This document shows positions 13,072-24,646 of a DNA stretch of 64,000 bases, piece by piece; position 1 is the first letter of the stretch; every line of letters begins with the position of its first letter. Location of the stretch: the NCBI GenBank assembly GCA_041663665.1, contig JBAYMG010000002.1, positions 99,509 through 163,508 of the forward strand, in the 5' to 3' direction. Both the position numbers and the translations under genes were made by a program. The notes beneath the pieces were generated by a model. It was given only the letters and a program-made list of their open reading frames with translations. It was not told where the DNA came from and did no database searches. This DNA comes from Candidatus Omnitrophota bacterium (lineage in GTDB: Bacteria; Omnitrophota; Gorgyraeia; Gygaellales; Profunditerraquicolaceae).

Positions 13072-14910
13072 GTGTGTGGAATAGTCGGATATATTGGGCA
13101 AAGAGAGGCACAACCTATTTTGTTATCCGGTTTAAAGCGCTTGGAATACCGCGGTTATGATTCAAGCGGGATAGCCGTAATCTCTCCTAAGAAAAGTAGC
13201 ATAACGATAAGAAAATCTCCCGGAAAAATCAGCGAACTAGAGAAATTGGTTAAAAATAAACCGGTTAACGGTATGGTCGGCATTGCGCATACTCGTTGGG
13301 CAACGCACGGGGCGCCTACTCAGGCCAATGCCCATCCGCATTCTGATTGTTCCGGCTCAATAGCTATGGTGCATAATGGAATTATTGAGAATTATGAAAC
13401 GCTTAAAGCCCAACTGGTGAAGGAAGGCCATGTTTTTAACAGTCAGACGGATACCGAGGTAATTGTGCATTTAATTGAAAAATTTTATCAAGATATTCCT
13501 CTTGAAGATGCGGTGTGCCGGGCGCTCAAGTTATTAATTGGTTCCTTTGCCATTGGCGTAATTTCATCCAAAGAGCCGAATAAATTAGTCGGGGCTCGTT
13601 TAGGAAGCCCGTTAATCGTTGGTGTTGGCAAGGGGGAAAATTTTCTTGCCTCTGATGTGCCGGCGGTTTTAGGTTTTACAAAAGAAGTTATTTTTTTGGA
13701 TGAAAAAGAAGTTGCTGTTTTAGATAAAGATAATTTTAAAATTAGCGACCTGGAAGGTAAAACTGTTTTTAAGAAAGTCACCCATGTTAGTTGGGATATT
13801 GCTCAGGCAGAAAAAAATGGATTTGATCATTTTATGCTTAAAGAAATTAATGAGCAGCCTAAAATTTTAGAGAATTTAATTAATTCCCGCATTGATAAAA
13901 CAACTAGTAAGATATTTTTCGAAGAACAAAATATTCCAGAAACCAAGCTCAAAGAGATTAAAGAAATATTTATTGTTGCCTGCGGCACAGCGTATCATGC
14001 CGGAATGGTGGGTAAGTATGTTTTAGAGTCGTTGTGCGGGGTTGCTACCTCCATAGATGTTTCCAGTGAGTTTAGGTATCGTGACCTGCTCATCGGAGAA
14101 GAAACTTTAGTTATTGCTATAAGCCAATCTGGAGAAACAGCGGATACTTTAGCCGGAATAAGAGAGGCTAAAAGACGAGGTTCGACTGTAATTTCCATCT
14201 GTAATGTTCTGGGCTCGACTTTAACTCGAGAATCTGATGGGGTGATCTATACTCATGCCGGACCGGAAATCGGAGTTGCTTCAACCAAGGCTTATACCGC
14301 TCAATTGACTGCGTTATATCTATTTGCTTTTTATTTGGCGCAGATAAAAGGGGCCTTATCCCAAGCTAAGATTAAAAAATTATTAGATGAATTGCGCAAG
14401 ATTCCAGGGTATCAGGGTGAGATTTTAAAGTATCAAAAAAATATCGCTGCCCTTGCCCGCAAACATTCGCATCTAGGTTCGTTTTTATATTTAGGTAGGA
14501 ATGTAAATTACCCTTCGGCTTTAGAGGGGGCTTTAAAATTAAAGGAGATTTCTTATATCCCCGCAGAAGGTTATGCTGCCGGGGAGATGAAACATGGGCC
14601 GATTGCTTTAATTGATGAGTACCGGGCGGTCGTGTGTATTGCACCTAGATCCAAGGTTTATGAAAAAATGGTTTCGAATATTCAGGAGATTCGTTCGCGT
14701 AAAGGCAAGATTATTGCTATTGCTACAGAAGGAGACTTGGAGATTAAAGAGTTAACCCGCGAAGTAATTTATGTTCCCAAGACGGAGGAAATATTTACTC
14801 CACTTTTAGTAGTTTTACCGCTGCAGTTATTGGCATATCACATTGCGGTTAAGCGCGCCTGCGATGTGGATCAACCGCGTAACTTAGCTAAGTCGGTAAC
14901 CGTAGAATAA
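13072..14910 (+). CDS. glmS: glutamine--fructose-6-phosphate aminotransferase
   Basis: MCGIVGYIG N-terminal nucleophile, two SIS domains, C-terminal VE. Confidence 0.95.
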   Translation: MCGIVGYIGQREAQPILLSGLKRLEYRGYDSSGIAVISPKKSSITIRKSPGKISELEKLVKNKPVNGMVGIAHTRWATHGAPTQANAHPHSDCSGSIAMVHNGIIENYETLKAQLVKEGHVFNSQTDTEVIVHLIEKFYQDIPLEDAVCRALKLLIGSFAIGVISSKEPNKLVGARLGSPLIVGVGKGENFLASDVPAVLGFTKEVIFLDEKEVAVLDKDNFKISDLEGKTVFKKVTHVSWDIAQAEKNGFDHFMLKEINEQPKILENLINSRIDKTTSKIFFEEQNIPETKLKEIKEIFIVACGTAYHAGMVGKYVLESLCGVATSIDVSSEFRYRDLLIGEETLVIAISQSGETADTLAGIREAKRRGSTVISICNVLGSTLTRESDGVIYTHAGPEIGVASTKAYTAQLTALYLFAFYLAQIKGALSQAKIKKLLDELRKIPGYQGEILKYQKNIAALARKHSHLGSFLYLGRNVNYPSALEGALKLKEISYIPAEGYAAGEMKHGPIALIDEYRAVVCIAPRSKVYEKMVSNIQEIRSRKGKIIAIATEGDLEIKELTREVIYVPKTEEIFTPLLVVLPLQLLAYHIAVKRACDVDQPRNLAKSVTVE

Positions 14911-15563
14911 TGCTTTATATTGTTGCTACCCCAATTGGCAACTTACAAGACATAACTTTTCGCGCAGTTGAAATTTTAAAAAGCGCAGATTTAATCGCTT
15001 GTGAAGATACCCGGCACACTAAAATCCTGCTTACGCATTACGGCATTACAACGCCTACCACAAGTTTTTTTCAGCACAATAGATTCACCAAAGGTGAATA
15101 TTTAATCGGTTTATTAAAATCCGGAAAAAATATTGCTCTGGTTTCTGATGCCGGTACACCAGGGATCCTTGATCCAGGATATAATTTAATTAATTTAGCG
15201 ATTCAAAACAGCCTGGAGATTACATTTATACCCGGAGCTGTAGCTTTTGTTAATGCTTTGGTGCTTTCGGGTAAGCCGGCGCACGAATTTTATTTTGCCG
15301 GATTTTTACCTAACCGGTCCGGAGCGCGCAAGAATCAATTGGAAAAATTAAAACAGCTGGGTTGTACCTTAGTTTTTTATGAGTCTTGCCACAGAATTTT
15401 AGCTAGCCTGGAGGATATTAATACGGTTTTTGGGGATCAAGAGATTTGCGTGGCCCGTGAATTAACTAAGAAATTTGAAGAAGTTTTACGTGCCAGCCCC
15501 AAAACTATTCAGGGTAATTTTTCTCAAAACAAGCCTCGCGGTGAATTTGTAATTATAATTTAA
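14910..15563 (+). CDS. rsmI: 16S rRNA 2'-O-ribose C1402 methyltransferase RsmI (short form)
   Basis: MLYIVATPIGNLQDITFRAVEILKSADLIACEDTRHT; tetrapyrrole-methylase fold. Confidence 0.8.
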   Translation: MLYIVATPIGNLQDITFRAVEILKSADLIACEDTRHTKILLTHYGITTPTTSFFQHNRFTKGEYLIGLLKSGKNIALVSDAGTPGILDPGYNLINLAIQNSLEITFIPGAVAFVNALVLSGKPAHEFYFAGFLPNRSGARKNQLEKLKQLGCTLVFYESCHRILASLEDINTVFGDQEICVARELTKKFEEVLRASPKTIQGNFSQNKPRGEFVIII

Positions 15564-15565
15564 CC

Positions 15566-15725
15566 TTGACAATGAGTTGCTTTATGTTAAAATTATAACC
15601 ATTATGGACCTTTAAGCCCGGCTCTGTGAAGTCGGCAAGGTAAAGAGAATGAATAGGCTGGCAGGAAAAAATATAAACCCTTGGCAAATATAGCCAAGGG
15701 TATTTTTTTGTCGTGAGGTTTTTAA
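15566..15725 (+). promoter_or_regulatory. sigma70-like promoter plus PyrR-type transcription attenuator leader for pyrR-pyrB-pyrC
   Basis: TTGACA at 15566-15571, 16-nt spacer, TAAAAT at 15588-15593. Leader contains a UUUAAGCCCGGCUCUGUGAAGUCGGCAAGG stem-loop resembling the PyrR binding loop, followed by an intrinsic terminator directly before pyrR. Confidence 0.55.
15678..15709 (+). terminator. rho-independent terminator/attenuator hairpin
   Basis: CCCTTGGC-aaatata-GCCAAGGG followed by TATTTTTTT. Confidence 0.7.
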
Positions 15726-17191
<1,466 letters not shown>

Positions 17192-17192
17192 G

Positions 17193-18467
17193 ATGAGTAT
17201 ATTGATTAAAGGCGGGCGCGTAATTGATCCAGCGCATAAGATCGATGCGCTGCTGGATATTTTAATCGAAGATAAAAAAATATCTAAAATTGCTGTTAAC
17301 ATTCAAGCACGGGCTAAGACGGTAATTGATGCCAGTAACAAAATTGTTGCCCCGGGTATTATTGATATGCATGTACATTTGCGCGAGCCCGGCAGGGAAG
17401 ACAAGGAAACTGTTGCCAGTGCAACTTCCGCTGCGGCTAAGGGCGGGGTAACTACTGTTTTAGCTATGCCGAATACCCAGCCGGCAATGGATTCTGCCGA
17501 GAATATTAATTTATTGCAGGGGATACTCGATAGGAGTGCTTTAATTCAAGTATTGATTTGTGGGACGATTACGCAGGAACGTTTAGGTAAGCAACTAAGC
17601 GATATTGCTGCGCTTAAGAAAGCCGGCGCTTATGCGATATCGGATGACGGATGTTCTGTAGATAGCGATGAGTTGATGCTCGAAGCATTTAAACAGGCAA
17701 AGCAAGCGGGGATTTTAACCATTTGCCATTCTGAGGACAAAAAGCTCTCCGGTAAGGGAGTGATAAATTTAGGTTTTAATTCTACGCGTTTAGGCTTACG
17801 CGGCATATCTAATGAATCCGAATATCGGAGAATCAGTCGAGATATCCAGTTGGCAGAAAAATCTGGTTCAGCAGTACATATTGCACATGTAAGCTGCAAA
17901 GAATCAGTAGATATAATTGCTCAAGGGAAGAAAAGGGGCGTTAAGGTAACCTGTGAAACTACCCCGCATTATTTTGCTCTTAGTGATGAGGCGCTTTTAG
18001 GGTATGATACCAACATGAAAATGAATCCTCCTTTAAGAAGTAGGGATGATCTATTAGCAATAAGGCAGGGGTTAAAAGATGGGGTAATTGATGTTATCGC
18101 TTCCGACCATGCCCCCCATACCGAGAATGAAAAAGATATCGAGTTTGACCGGGCTGAGTTTGGCGTCGTAGGGCTGGAAACCGAACTTTCAGTGAGTATC
18201 AGCGAATTATTGGATAAGCAAGTTTTAAATTGGACAGAATTAATCGAGAAATTTTGTTTAAATCCCGCCAGGATCTTAAATTTAGATAAAGGAAAGCTAA
18301 CAGTAGGGTCTCCGGCGGATGTAATTGTAATCTCTGATCAGGAAAGCTGGTTAGTTGATAAGCAAAAGCTTGTCTCTAAATCCAAGAATTCTGCTTTTCT
18401 GGGGTATTCTTTAAAAGGTTTAGTAGATTATACGATTAGTAATGGCCAGATAGTATACAAAAGGTAG
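17193..18467 (+). CDS. pyrC: dihydroorotase
   Basis: HVHLREPG metal-binding motif; amidohydrolase fold; 424 aa. Confidence 0.9.
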   Translation: MSILIKGGRVIDPAHKIDALLDILIEDKKISKIAVNIQARAKTVIDASNKIVAPGIIDMHVHLREPGREDKETVASATSAAAKGGVTTVLAMPNTQPAMDSAENINLLQGILDRSALIQVLICGTITQERLGKQLSDIAALKKAGAYAISDDGCSVDSDELMLEAFKQAKQAGILTICHSEDKKLSGKGVINLGFNSTRLGLRGISNESEYRRISRDIQLAEKSGSAVHIAHVSCKESVDIIAQGKKRGVKVTCETTPHYFALSDEALLGYDTNMKMNPPLRSRDDLLAIRQGLKDGVIDVIASDHAPHTENEKDIEFDRAEFGVVGLETELSVSISELLDKQVLNWTELIEKFCLNPARILNLDKGKLTVGSPADVIVISDQESWLVDKQKLVSKSKNSAFLGYSLKGLVDYTISNGQIVYKR

Positions 18468-18469
18468 AT

Positions 18470-19711
18470 ATGGAATTTATTGCTGACTTTCACATTCATT
18501 CCAAATATTCCCGGGCAACCAGCCGTGATATGGATATCAAGCATTTAGCTCTTTGGGCAAAATTAAAAGGTATAACCTTAATAGGGACAGGTGATTTTAC
18601 GCATCATCTGTGGCTGGAGGAGTTAAAAAATAATTTGGAAGATTGCGGTAATGGTTTGTATAAGCATGCCGGCGTTTATTTCATGCTTACCGCTGAAATC
18701 AGCAGTATTTACTCAAAAAATGGTAAAGGGTACCGTATCCATAATCTTATTTTTGCTCCTTCATTCGCGGCGGTAGATAAAATAAATAATGCTTTATCCG
18801 GCCGAGGAGCAAATTTAGCCAGCGATGGTCGCCCGATCATCGGAATTGATGCCGCAGAACTTGCACGGATTGTGTTTGATATTGATGAAAAGAATATAAT
18901 CGTGCCAGCTCATATTTGGACTCCGTGGTTCTCGGTATTTGGTTCAATGTCCGGATTTGATAAAATCGAAGATTGTTTTGAGAAGCAAACCGATAAAATT
19001 TTTGCTGTTGAAACCGGATTATCGAGTGATCCGGAGATGAATTGGCGGTTAAGCGCCTTGGATCGGTTTACGTTGATTTCTAATAGTGACGCACATTCGC
19101 CGCAAAAGCTCGGGCGCGAAGCCAATGTTTTTAATTGCGATTTAGATTATCAAACCATAAGAGAGGTTTTAAAAACCAAAGATAAAAAAAGATTTTTATA
19201 TACTATCGAATTTTTTCCTGAGGAGGGCAAGTATCATTATGACGGCCACAGGCTTTGCGGCATTCGTTGGTCGCCCCAGGAGACCAGAGCCCATGATGGG
19301 AAGTGCCCAAAGTGCGGTAAACTGGTAACTGTAGGCGTGGTTAACCGGGTTGAAAAGTTAGCTGACCGCAAGGAAGGTTTTGTCCCGGATAATTCTATTC
19401 CCTTTAAAAATTTAATTCCTTTTTCTGAAATAATTGCTGAAGCAAAAGGAGTGGGGAAGGTCTCTGTGACCGTTGAAAGAGACTATCAAGCTTATTTGCC
19501 TAAATTTGGGACAGAATTTAATATTTTACTTAAGGCTTCCAAAGGTGAATTACTTAAAAGCCTGCCTCCTAAAGTAGTTGATGGTGTTTTGCGTGTGCGA
19601 GAGGGCAAGGTGGATATTAAAGCAGGTTTTGATGGTGAGTATGGCACAATTTCTATATTTAATGATGATCAGAAGCTGAAGAAAGATGGGGAACAGTTAA
19701 GTTTATTTTAA
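18470..19711 (+). CDS. PHP-domain nuclease with Cys/His zinc-finger, resembling endonuclease Q
   Basis: N-terminal DFHIHSKYSRATS PHP motif, further His/Asp PHP motifs, and HRLCGIRWSPQETRAHDGKCPKCGK zinc-ribbon-like insert. 413 aa, like archaeal and Bacillus EndoQ. Confidence 0.45.
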   Translation: MEFIADFHIHSKYSRATSRDMDIKHLALWAKLKGITLIGTGDFTHHLWLEELKNNLEDCGNGLYKHAGVYFMLTAEISSIYSKNGKGYRIHNLIFAPSFAAVDKINNALSGRGANLASDGRPIIGIDAAELARIVFDIDEKNIIVPAHIWTPWFSVFGSMSGFDKIEDCFEKQTDKIFAVETGLSSDPEMNWRLSALDRFTLISNSDAHSPQKLGREANVFNCDLDYQTIREVLKTKDKKRFLYTIEFFPEEGKYHYDGHRLCGIRWSPQETRAHDGKCPKCGKLVTVGVVNRVEKLADRKEGFVPDNSIPFKNLIPFSEIIAEAKGVGKVSVTVERDYQAYLPKFGTEFNILLKASKGELLKSLPPKVVDGVLRVREGKVDIKAGFDGEYGTISIFNDDQKLKKDGEQLSLF

Positions 19712-19712
19712 T

Positions 19713-19784
19713 GCGCCTGTGGCTCAACGGATAGAGCACTAGCCTCCGAAGCTGGTGGTGCAGGTTCAATTCCTGCCAGGCGCA
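19713..19784 (+). tRNA. tRNA-Arg (anticodon CCG)
   Basis: Acceptor GCGCCTG/CAGGCGC, D-arm GCTCAACGGATAGAGC, anticodon loop CTCCGAA, T-arm GGTTCAATTCC. Confidence 0.85.
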
Positions 19785-19914
19785 AATAAAAGAGCAGGAA
19801 TTAGGCGGTTTACGCTGGATAAAATAGGTCCATAAACTTCTTCCAGGTACAATTGGACAAAGTGGAGCATGTTAACAAAAATATAAGCAAATTTATGAAT
19901 ATAGTGGAGACTAA

Positions 19915-21477
19915 ATGAATAAAAAAGTCGTTATTTTAGGTGGTGGACCCAATCGCATCGGGCAGGGGATTGAGTTTGATTATTGTTGTTGTCATGCGGC
20001 GTATGCTTTGCGGGAAGAGGGTGTGGAAAGCATTATGATCAATTGCAATCCTGAAACAGTTTCAACTGATTATGATACTTCCGACCGTCTCTATTTTGAA
20101 CCGCTTACCTTTGAGGATATTATGAATATTCTCGAAAAAGAAAAACCGCTGGGAGTAATCGTGCAGTTTGGCGGGCAGACTCCATTAAATTTAGCTGTCC
20201 CTTTGCTTAAAGCCGGAGTAAAACTTTTAGGGACAAGTGCCGATAGTATTGATATTGCCGAAGACCGTAAACGTTTTAAACAGATGTTGGATAAACTTGG
20301 ACTTTTGCAGCCGGTTAATGGGACTGCGTTTACTTTTGAACAAGCCAGAGAAGTGGCTAATCGCATTGGTTACCCCGTATTGGTGCGTCCCTCATATGTC
20401 TTAGGCGGTAGAGCCATGGAAATTGCTTATGATGAGCAGGTGTTAGAAAAATTTATTAAAAATGCGGCCGAAGTTTCCGGTGAGCACCCTGTTTTGGTCG
20501 ATAAATTTTTAGAAGATGCGATAGAGGTTGATGTTGATTTAGTCGGCGATGGCCAGGATTTTATAATTGGCGGGATTATGGAGCATATTGAACAAGCGGG
20601 GGTGCATTCAGGCGATGCGGCGATGTCTCTTCCGACTTATACTTTGTCTGCGCAGATATTAAATGAAATCCGGCAGGCGACAATTCATATGGCTCGTGAA
20701 TTGCAGGTTGTCGGCTTGATGAATGTACAATATGCCGTAAAGGACAGTAAAGTTTATGTTTTAGAGGTTAACCCTCGTGCTTCGCGCACCATTCCGTTTG
20801 TCTCTAAAGTAATTGGAGTGCCGTTAGCAAAATTAGCGACTAAAGTTATGCTGGGCAGAAAGTTAAAAGATCTGGGTTTTATAAAAGAGGTCATTCCTAA
20901 ACATGTAGCGATTAAAGAATCCGTATTTCCTTTTAACCGGTTTCCGGGAGTTGATATCATTCTTGGCCCGGAAATGAAATCTACCGGGGAAGTTATGGGT
21001 ATTGATAAGGATTTTGGCCAGGCATATATCAAGAGTCAGCTAGCTGCTGGACAAAGGCTGCCTAAGAAAGGCAATGTTTTTATTTCGGTAAATGACCGCG
21101 ATAAAAGAAATATTATTTTAATAGCCAAAAAGCTGAAAGATTTAGGTTTTAAGATTTTTGCTTCAAGCGGGACAGCTGAGGCATTAGCAAAAAGCAATAT
21201 TGCGGCAAAAGTTTTGCCAAAAATATCCGAAGGTCATCCTAATGTCCTAGATTTAATGAAAGATGGTAAGCTGCAGCTGGTGATTAATACTCCTTCGGGA
21301 AGAATACCCAGGCTGGATGAAGTAAAAATCCGTTCTCAGGTAATTTTATATGGAGTGCCTTATACTACGACCATCTTTGGCGCCCAGGCAACAGTAAGCG
21401 GTATCGAAGTATTGTTAAAGAAGAAGCTTAAAGTTAAATCCCTACAGGAGTACTATGCCAGAGCTGCCCGAAGTTGA
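19915..21477 (+). CDS. carB: carbamoyl-phosphate synthase large subunit, C-terminal half (split carB) including the MGS-like domain
   Basis: Begins ILGGGPNRIGQGIEFDYCCCHA...NCNPETVSTDYDTSDRLYFEP, which corresponds to about residue 555 onward of E. coli CarB. The N-terminal half is not in the window. Confidence 0.85.
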   Translation: MNKKVVILGGGPNRIGQGIEFDYCCCHAAYALREEGVESIMINCNPETVSTDYDTSDRLYFEPLTFEDIMNILEKEKPLGVIVQFGGQTPLNLAVPLLKAGVKLLGTSADSIDIAEDRKRFKQMLDKLGLLQPVNGTAFTFEQAREVANRIGYPVLVRPSYVLGGRAMEIAYDEQVLEKFIKNAAEVSGEHPVLVDKFLEDAIEVDVDLVGDGQDFIIGGIMEHIEQAGVHSGDAAMSLPTYTLSAQILNEIRQATIHMARELQVVGLMNVQYAVKDSKVYVLEVNPRASRTIPFVSKVIGVPLAKLATKVMLGRKLKDLGFIKEVIPKHVAIKESVFPFNRFPGVDIILGPEMKSTGEVMGIDKDFGQAYIKSQLAAGQRLPKKGNVFISVNDRDKRNIILIAKKLKDLGFKIFASSGTAEALAKSNIAAKVLPKISEGHPNVLDLMKDGKLQLVINTPSGRIPRLDEVKIRSQVILYGVPYTTTIFGAQATVSGIEVLLKKKLKVKSLQEYYARAARS

Positions 21478-22255
21478 AACTATAAAAAGGGACCTAGAAA
21501 AAACAATTCTGGGTAAGAAAATTGTTGAAGTTTGTGTGCATAATGCTAAGGTTATTCGGGAGCCTTCTCCGGTAGCATTTAAAAATCTTTTGAAAGGCAA
21601 GGCTATAAAAAGTATTTTTCGGAAAGCCAAGCTTTTAATTTTTGAATTGTCGAATCAACTATTTCTAACTATTCATTTGAAAATGACCGGGCAGTTAGTT
21701 TATCCCGGAGGTTCTCAGAGAAGCCGCGTTGCTTTTAATTTATCTAATGGTAAGACGTTAGATTTTAATGACGATCGTTTATTCGGTGAATTACGCCTAG
21801 TTTCTGATTGGAAGAAAATGAAGTTTGTTCAGGGGCTGGGGCCTGAACCGTTTGATCTGGCTTACGCCGATTTTAAAGATATGCTTTCCAGAAGAAAAAC
21901 TGAAATCAAGCCTCTATTATTGGATCAGAAATTTATTTCGGGTATTGGTAATATTTATGCCGCTGAGATATTATTCCGATCCAAAATTCATCCCAAGAGG
22001 AGCGCGCAGAGTTTAACCGTGCAAGAAAAAGGCATTCTTTTCAAAGAAATGAAAAGCGTGTTGACTAGCGCCATTAAACACGGCGGTTCTTCGGTTGATG
22101 ATTATGTGCGGGTCTCTGGGGAAAATGGAGATTATTCGCGTTTTCATCGGGTTTACGGGCGGATAGATAAACCTTGTTTTGTTTGTCAGGGTAAAATTAA
22201 AAAAATTGTACAAGGAGGACGCGGCACTTATTTTTGCTCTAAATGCCAAAGATAG
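21455..22255 (+). CDS. mutM: formamidopyrimidine-DNA glycosylase
   Basis: MPELPEVE N-terminus and a C-terminal C4 zinc finger. Confidence 0.9.
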   Translation: MPELPEVETIKRDLEKTILGKKIVEVCVHNAKVIREPSPVAFKNLLKGKAIKSIFRKAKLLIFELSNQLFLTIHLKMTGQLVYPGGSQRSRVAFNLSNGKTLDFNDDRLFGELRLVSDWKKMKFVQGLGPEPFDLAYADFKDMLSRRKTEIKPLLLDQKFISGIGNIYAAEILFRSKIHPKRSAQSLTVQEKGILFKEMKSVLTSAIKHGGSSVDDYVRVSGENGDYSRFHRVYGRIDKPCFVCQGKIKKIVQGGRGTYFCSKCQR

Positions 22256-22258
22256 CTT

Positions 22259-22966
22259 ATGAAAAAACGGCTGAAGATTAATGGAATAATCATGGGGTGT
22301 GCAGGGGTAGTAGTATTATTTTTTCCTAAATTATTTTTGCGGAGTATTTTGCCGGGTTTCCAGGAAGTTGCAATTGAGATTTTGGGGGTTTCCTTGATTT
22401 TCTTTGGACAAATTATCCGTGTTTCTGCCCGAGGGTATAAGTCAGAGCATTCTTGCGACAGCCATGCCTTGATTCAGGGCGGGCCGTATCAACTAGTACG
22501 TAATCCGATGTATTTGGGGATATTCCTGATTGGCTTAGGGGTAGTTTTGGTAATGTTTAAATACTGGGCGGTTACGATCTTTATTTTAGTCTTTATTATT
22601 CGCTATATCTTACTTATTTTTAAAGAGGAAAAAAATCTGCGCTTGATGTTTCCAGATACTTACCCGGAATATTGCAGAAAAGTTCCGCGGATTATTCCTT
22701 CTGTGCCAAGCTTGATTAAGTTAAGGATAACTGATTATTTACCTTTAAAGATGTGCTGGTTTCAAAGGGAAATCGGTTCGATTTTTTCGCTACTCTTGAT
22801 CGTTTTTCTGGTAGAATGCTGGAAAGATATTAGTGAAGAAGGGATTTTAGCGTACTTTAGGCAATTTGTCTGGGTAGCTTTAGTTATTTTTTTATTTGCG
22901 ATTTTTATAATTTTGCTGAGCAAATGGACAGATGAGAAAAATGAAAATAGTACAAGTAAAAGCTAA
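22259..22966 (+). CDS. ICMT/PEMT-family membrane methyltransferase-like protein
   Basis: GGPYQLVRNPMYLGIF signature; multi-TM; 235 aa. Confidence 0.55.
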   Translation: MKKRLKINGIIMGCAGVVVLFFPKLFLRSILPGFQEVAIEILGVSLIFFGQIIRVSARGYKSEHSCDSHALIQGGPYQLVRNPMYLGIFLIGLGVVLVMFKYWAVTIFILVFIIRYILLIFKEEKNLRLMFPDTYPEYCRKVPRIIPSVPSLIKLRITDYLPLKMCWFQREIGSIFSLLLIVFLVECWKDISEEGILAYFRQFVWVALVIFLFAIFIILLSKWTDEKNENSTSKS

Positions 22967-23717
22967 AATAATTTCTAATAAAAAACTTAGCGGTCATTAT
23001 TGGCATTTGGAGTTTGTTTCAGGGGAAATTGCTAAAAGTGCCTTACCGGGACAGTTTGTTGATCTTAGGGTCATTAATGGATTTGAGCCGTTATTAAGGA
23101 GGCCAATTAGTATCCATGGAGTAAGCGGGGATAAGGTTAAAATTATTTATGAGGTTCTAGGAAAAGGTACGCAAATTTTATCTACAAAAAAAGGAGGACA
23201 GGCTCTAGATGTTATTGGCCCGCTAGGTAATGGTTTTGCTTATAAGCCAACGCTTAAATCCGGTGGAGCTAAGAATATATTAATAGCCGGGGGAATTGGG
23301 GTTGCGCCGTTGGTATTTTTAGCTGAAAAAATAAAAACCGTTAAACCTTTGATTTTAATCGGTGCCAGGACAAAAGGCCAAATCCTCTGTACGCAGGAAT
23401 TTAAAGCTTTGGGTTGTAAGGTAGAATTGGCCACGGATGATGGTTCAGCCGGGCTTAAAGGCAGGGTTACAGATTTATTAAAAAATGTTTTAGAGCAGGT
23501 TAAACCTTCGAGATTATTTTCTTGCGGCCCGCATCCGATGTTAAAAACTGTCAGCCAGATTGCCCTGGAAAATAAAATTAAGGCCCAGCTTTCATTAGAG
23601 GAGCATATGGCTTGCGGTATTGGAGCCTGCTTGGGTTGTGTTGTTTTAACTAAATCAGGTTATCAAAGAGTATGCAAAGATGGCCCCGTTTTTTCAAACG
23701 AGGAATTAATATGGTAA
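22932..23717 (+). CDS. pyrK: dihydroorotate dehydrogenase electron transfer subunit
   Basis: FAD/NAD-binding fold plus C-terminal 2Fe-2S Cys cluster CGIGACLGCVV. Start may be Met at 22941. Confidence 0.85.
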   Translation: MRKMKIVQVKAKIISNKKLSGHYWHLEFVSGEIAKSALPGQFVDLRVINGFEPLLRRPISIHGVSGDKVKIIYEVLGKGTQILSTKKGGQALDVIGPLGNGFAYKPTLKSGGAKNILIAGGIGVAPLVFLAEKIKTVKPLILIGARTKGQILCTQEFKALGCKVELATDDGSAGLKGRVTDLLKNVLEQVKPSRLFSCGPHPMLKTVSQIALENKIKAQLSLEEHMACGIGACLGCVVLTKSGYQRVCKDGPVFSNEELIW

Positions 23718-24646
23718 AGGGTATTAATCCAAATTTAAGCGTAACAATCGGCAAGCTGGTTTTAAAAAATCCAGTGATGGTGGCCAGCGGGACTTTTGGT
23801 TATGCGGAAGAATTCAGGGATTTAATTGATTTAAGAAAATTGGGCGCGATTGTTACGAAAACTATCACGATCAAGAGGCGCCATGGAAATTTACCTCCGC
23901 GCACTTGTGAAACTTCAAGCGGTATGCTTAATTCTATCGGTTTAGAGAATCCGGGTATAGATAATTTTATTCAAAAAAAACTTCCTTTTCTAAAATCGCT
24001 GGGTATTCCAATTATCGTAAGTATTGCTGCTGAGGAAAGCCCGGAGGAATTTGAAATTCTGATTAAGCAGCTGGATAAAATAAACGAAGTGTCGGCGATC
24101 GAATTAAATATATCCTGCCCTAATCAGCAGAAAGATAAGTTAATTTCCCAGGATGCTAAAGCGACATTTGAATTAATTAGTGCCGCACGAAAACTGACGC
24201 AAAAATGTTTAATTGCCAAGTTGTCGCCCAATGTAACTTCTATTTCTGAAATTGCTTTAGCTTGTGCTAGTGCCGGCAGTGACGCGTTGGCTCTAATTAA
24301 TACGCTTAGCGGTATGAGCATTGATGTAAAAAAGCGTGTTCCTAAATTAGGTGCTTGGGCTGGCGGCTTAAGTGGTCCGGCAATCCGGCCAATAGCCGTT
24401 AAGATGGTCTGGGATGTTTATAATAAAATTAAGATTCCAATTATTGGTATGGGGGGGATAGTGGATACCGAGAGCGCTCTAGAATTTATTATTGCCGGCT
24501 CGACAGCGGTAAGCGTAGGAACGGTAAACTTTGTGAATCCTCAAGCGAGCATAGAGATTATTGCTGGATTAAAACAATATCTGGTGGATAATAATATTCA
24601 GAATTTAAATAACCTTATTGGAAGATTAAAAGCATGCAAGGATTAA
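23711..24646 (+). CDS. pyrD: dihydroorotate dehydrogenase catalytic subunit (class 1B)
   Basis: TIM-barrel motifs. Start is placed at MVKGINPN (AGGA RBS) rather than the upstream in-frame Met that overlaps pyrK. Confidence 0.88.
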   Translation: MVKGINPNLSVTIGKLVLKNPVMVASGTFGYAEEFRDLIDLRKLGAIVTKTITIKRRHGNLPPRTCETSSGMLNSIGLENPGIDNFIQKKLPFLKSLGIPIIVSIAAEESPEEFEILIKQLDKINEVSAIELNISCPNQQKDKLISQDAKATFELISAARKLTQKCLIAKLSPNVTSISEIALACASAGSDALALINTLSGMSIDVKKRVPKLGAWAGGLSGPAIRPIAVKMVWDVYNKIKIPIIGMGGIVDTESALEFIIAGSTAVSVGTVNFVNPQASIEIIAGLKQYLVDNNIQNLNNLIGRLKACKD

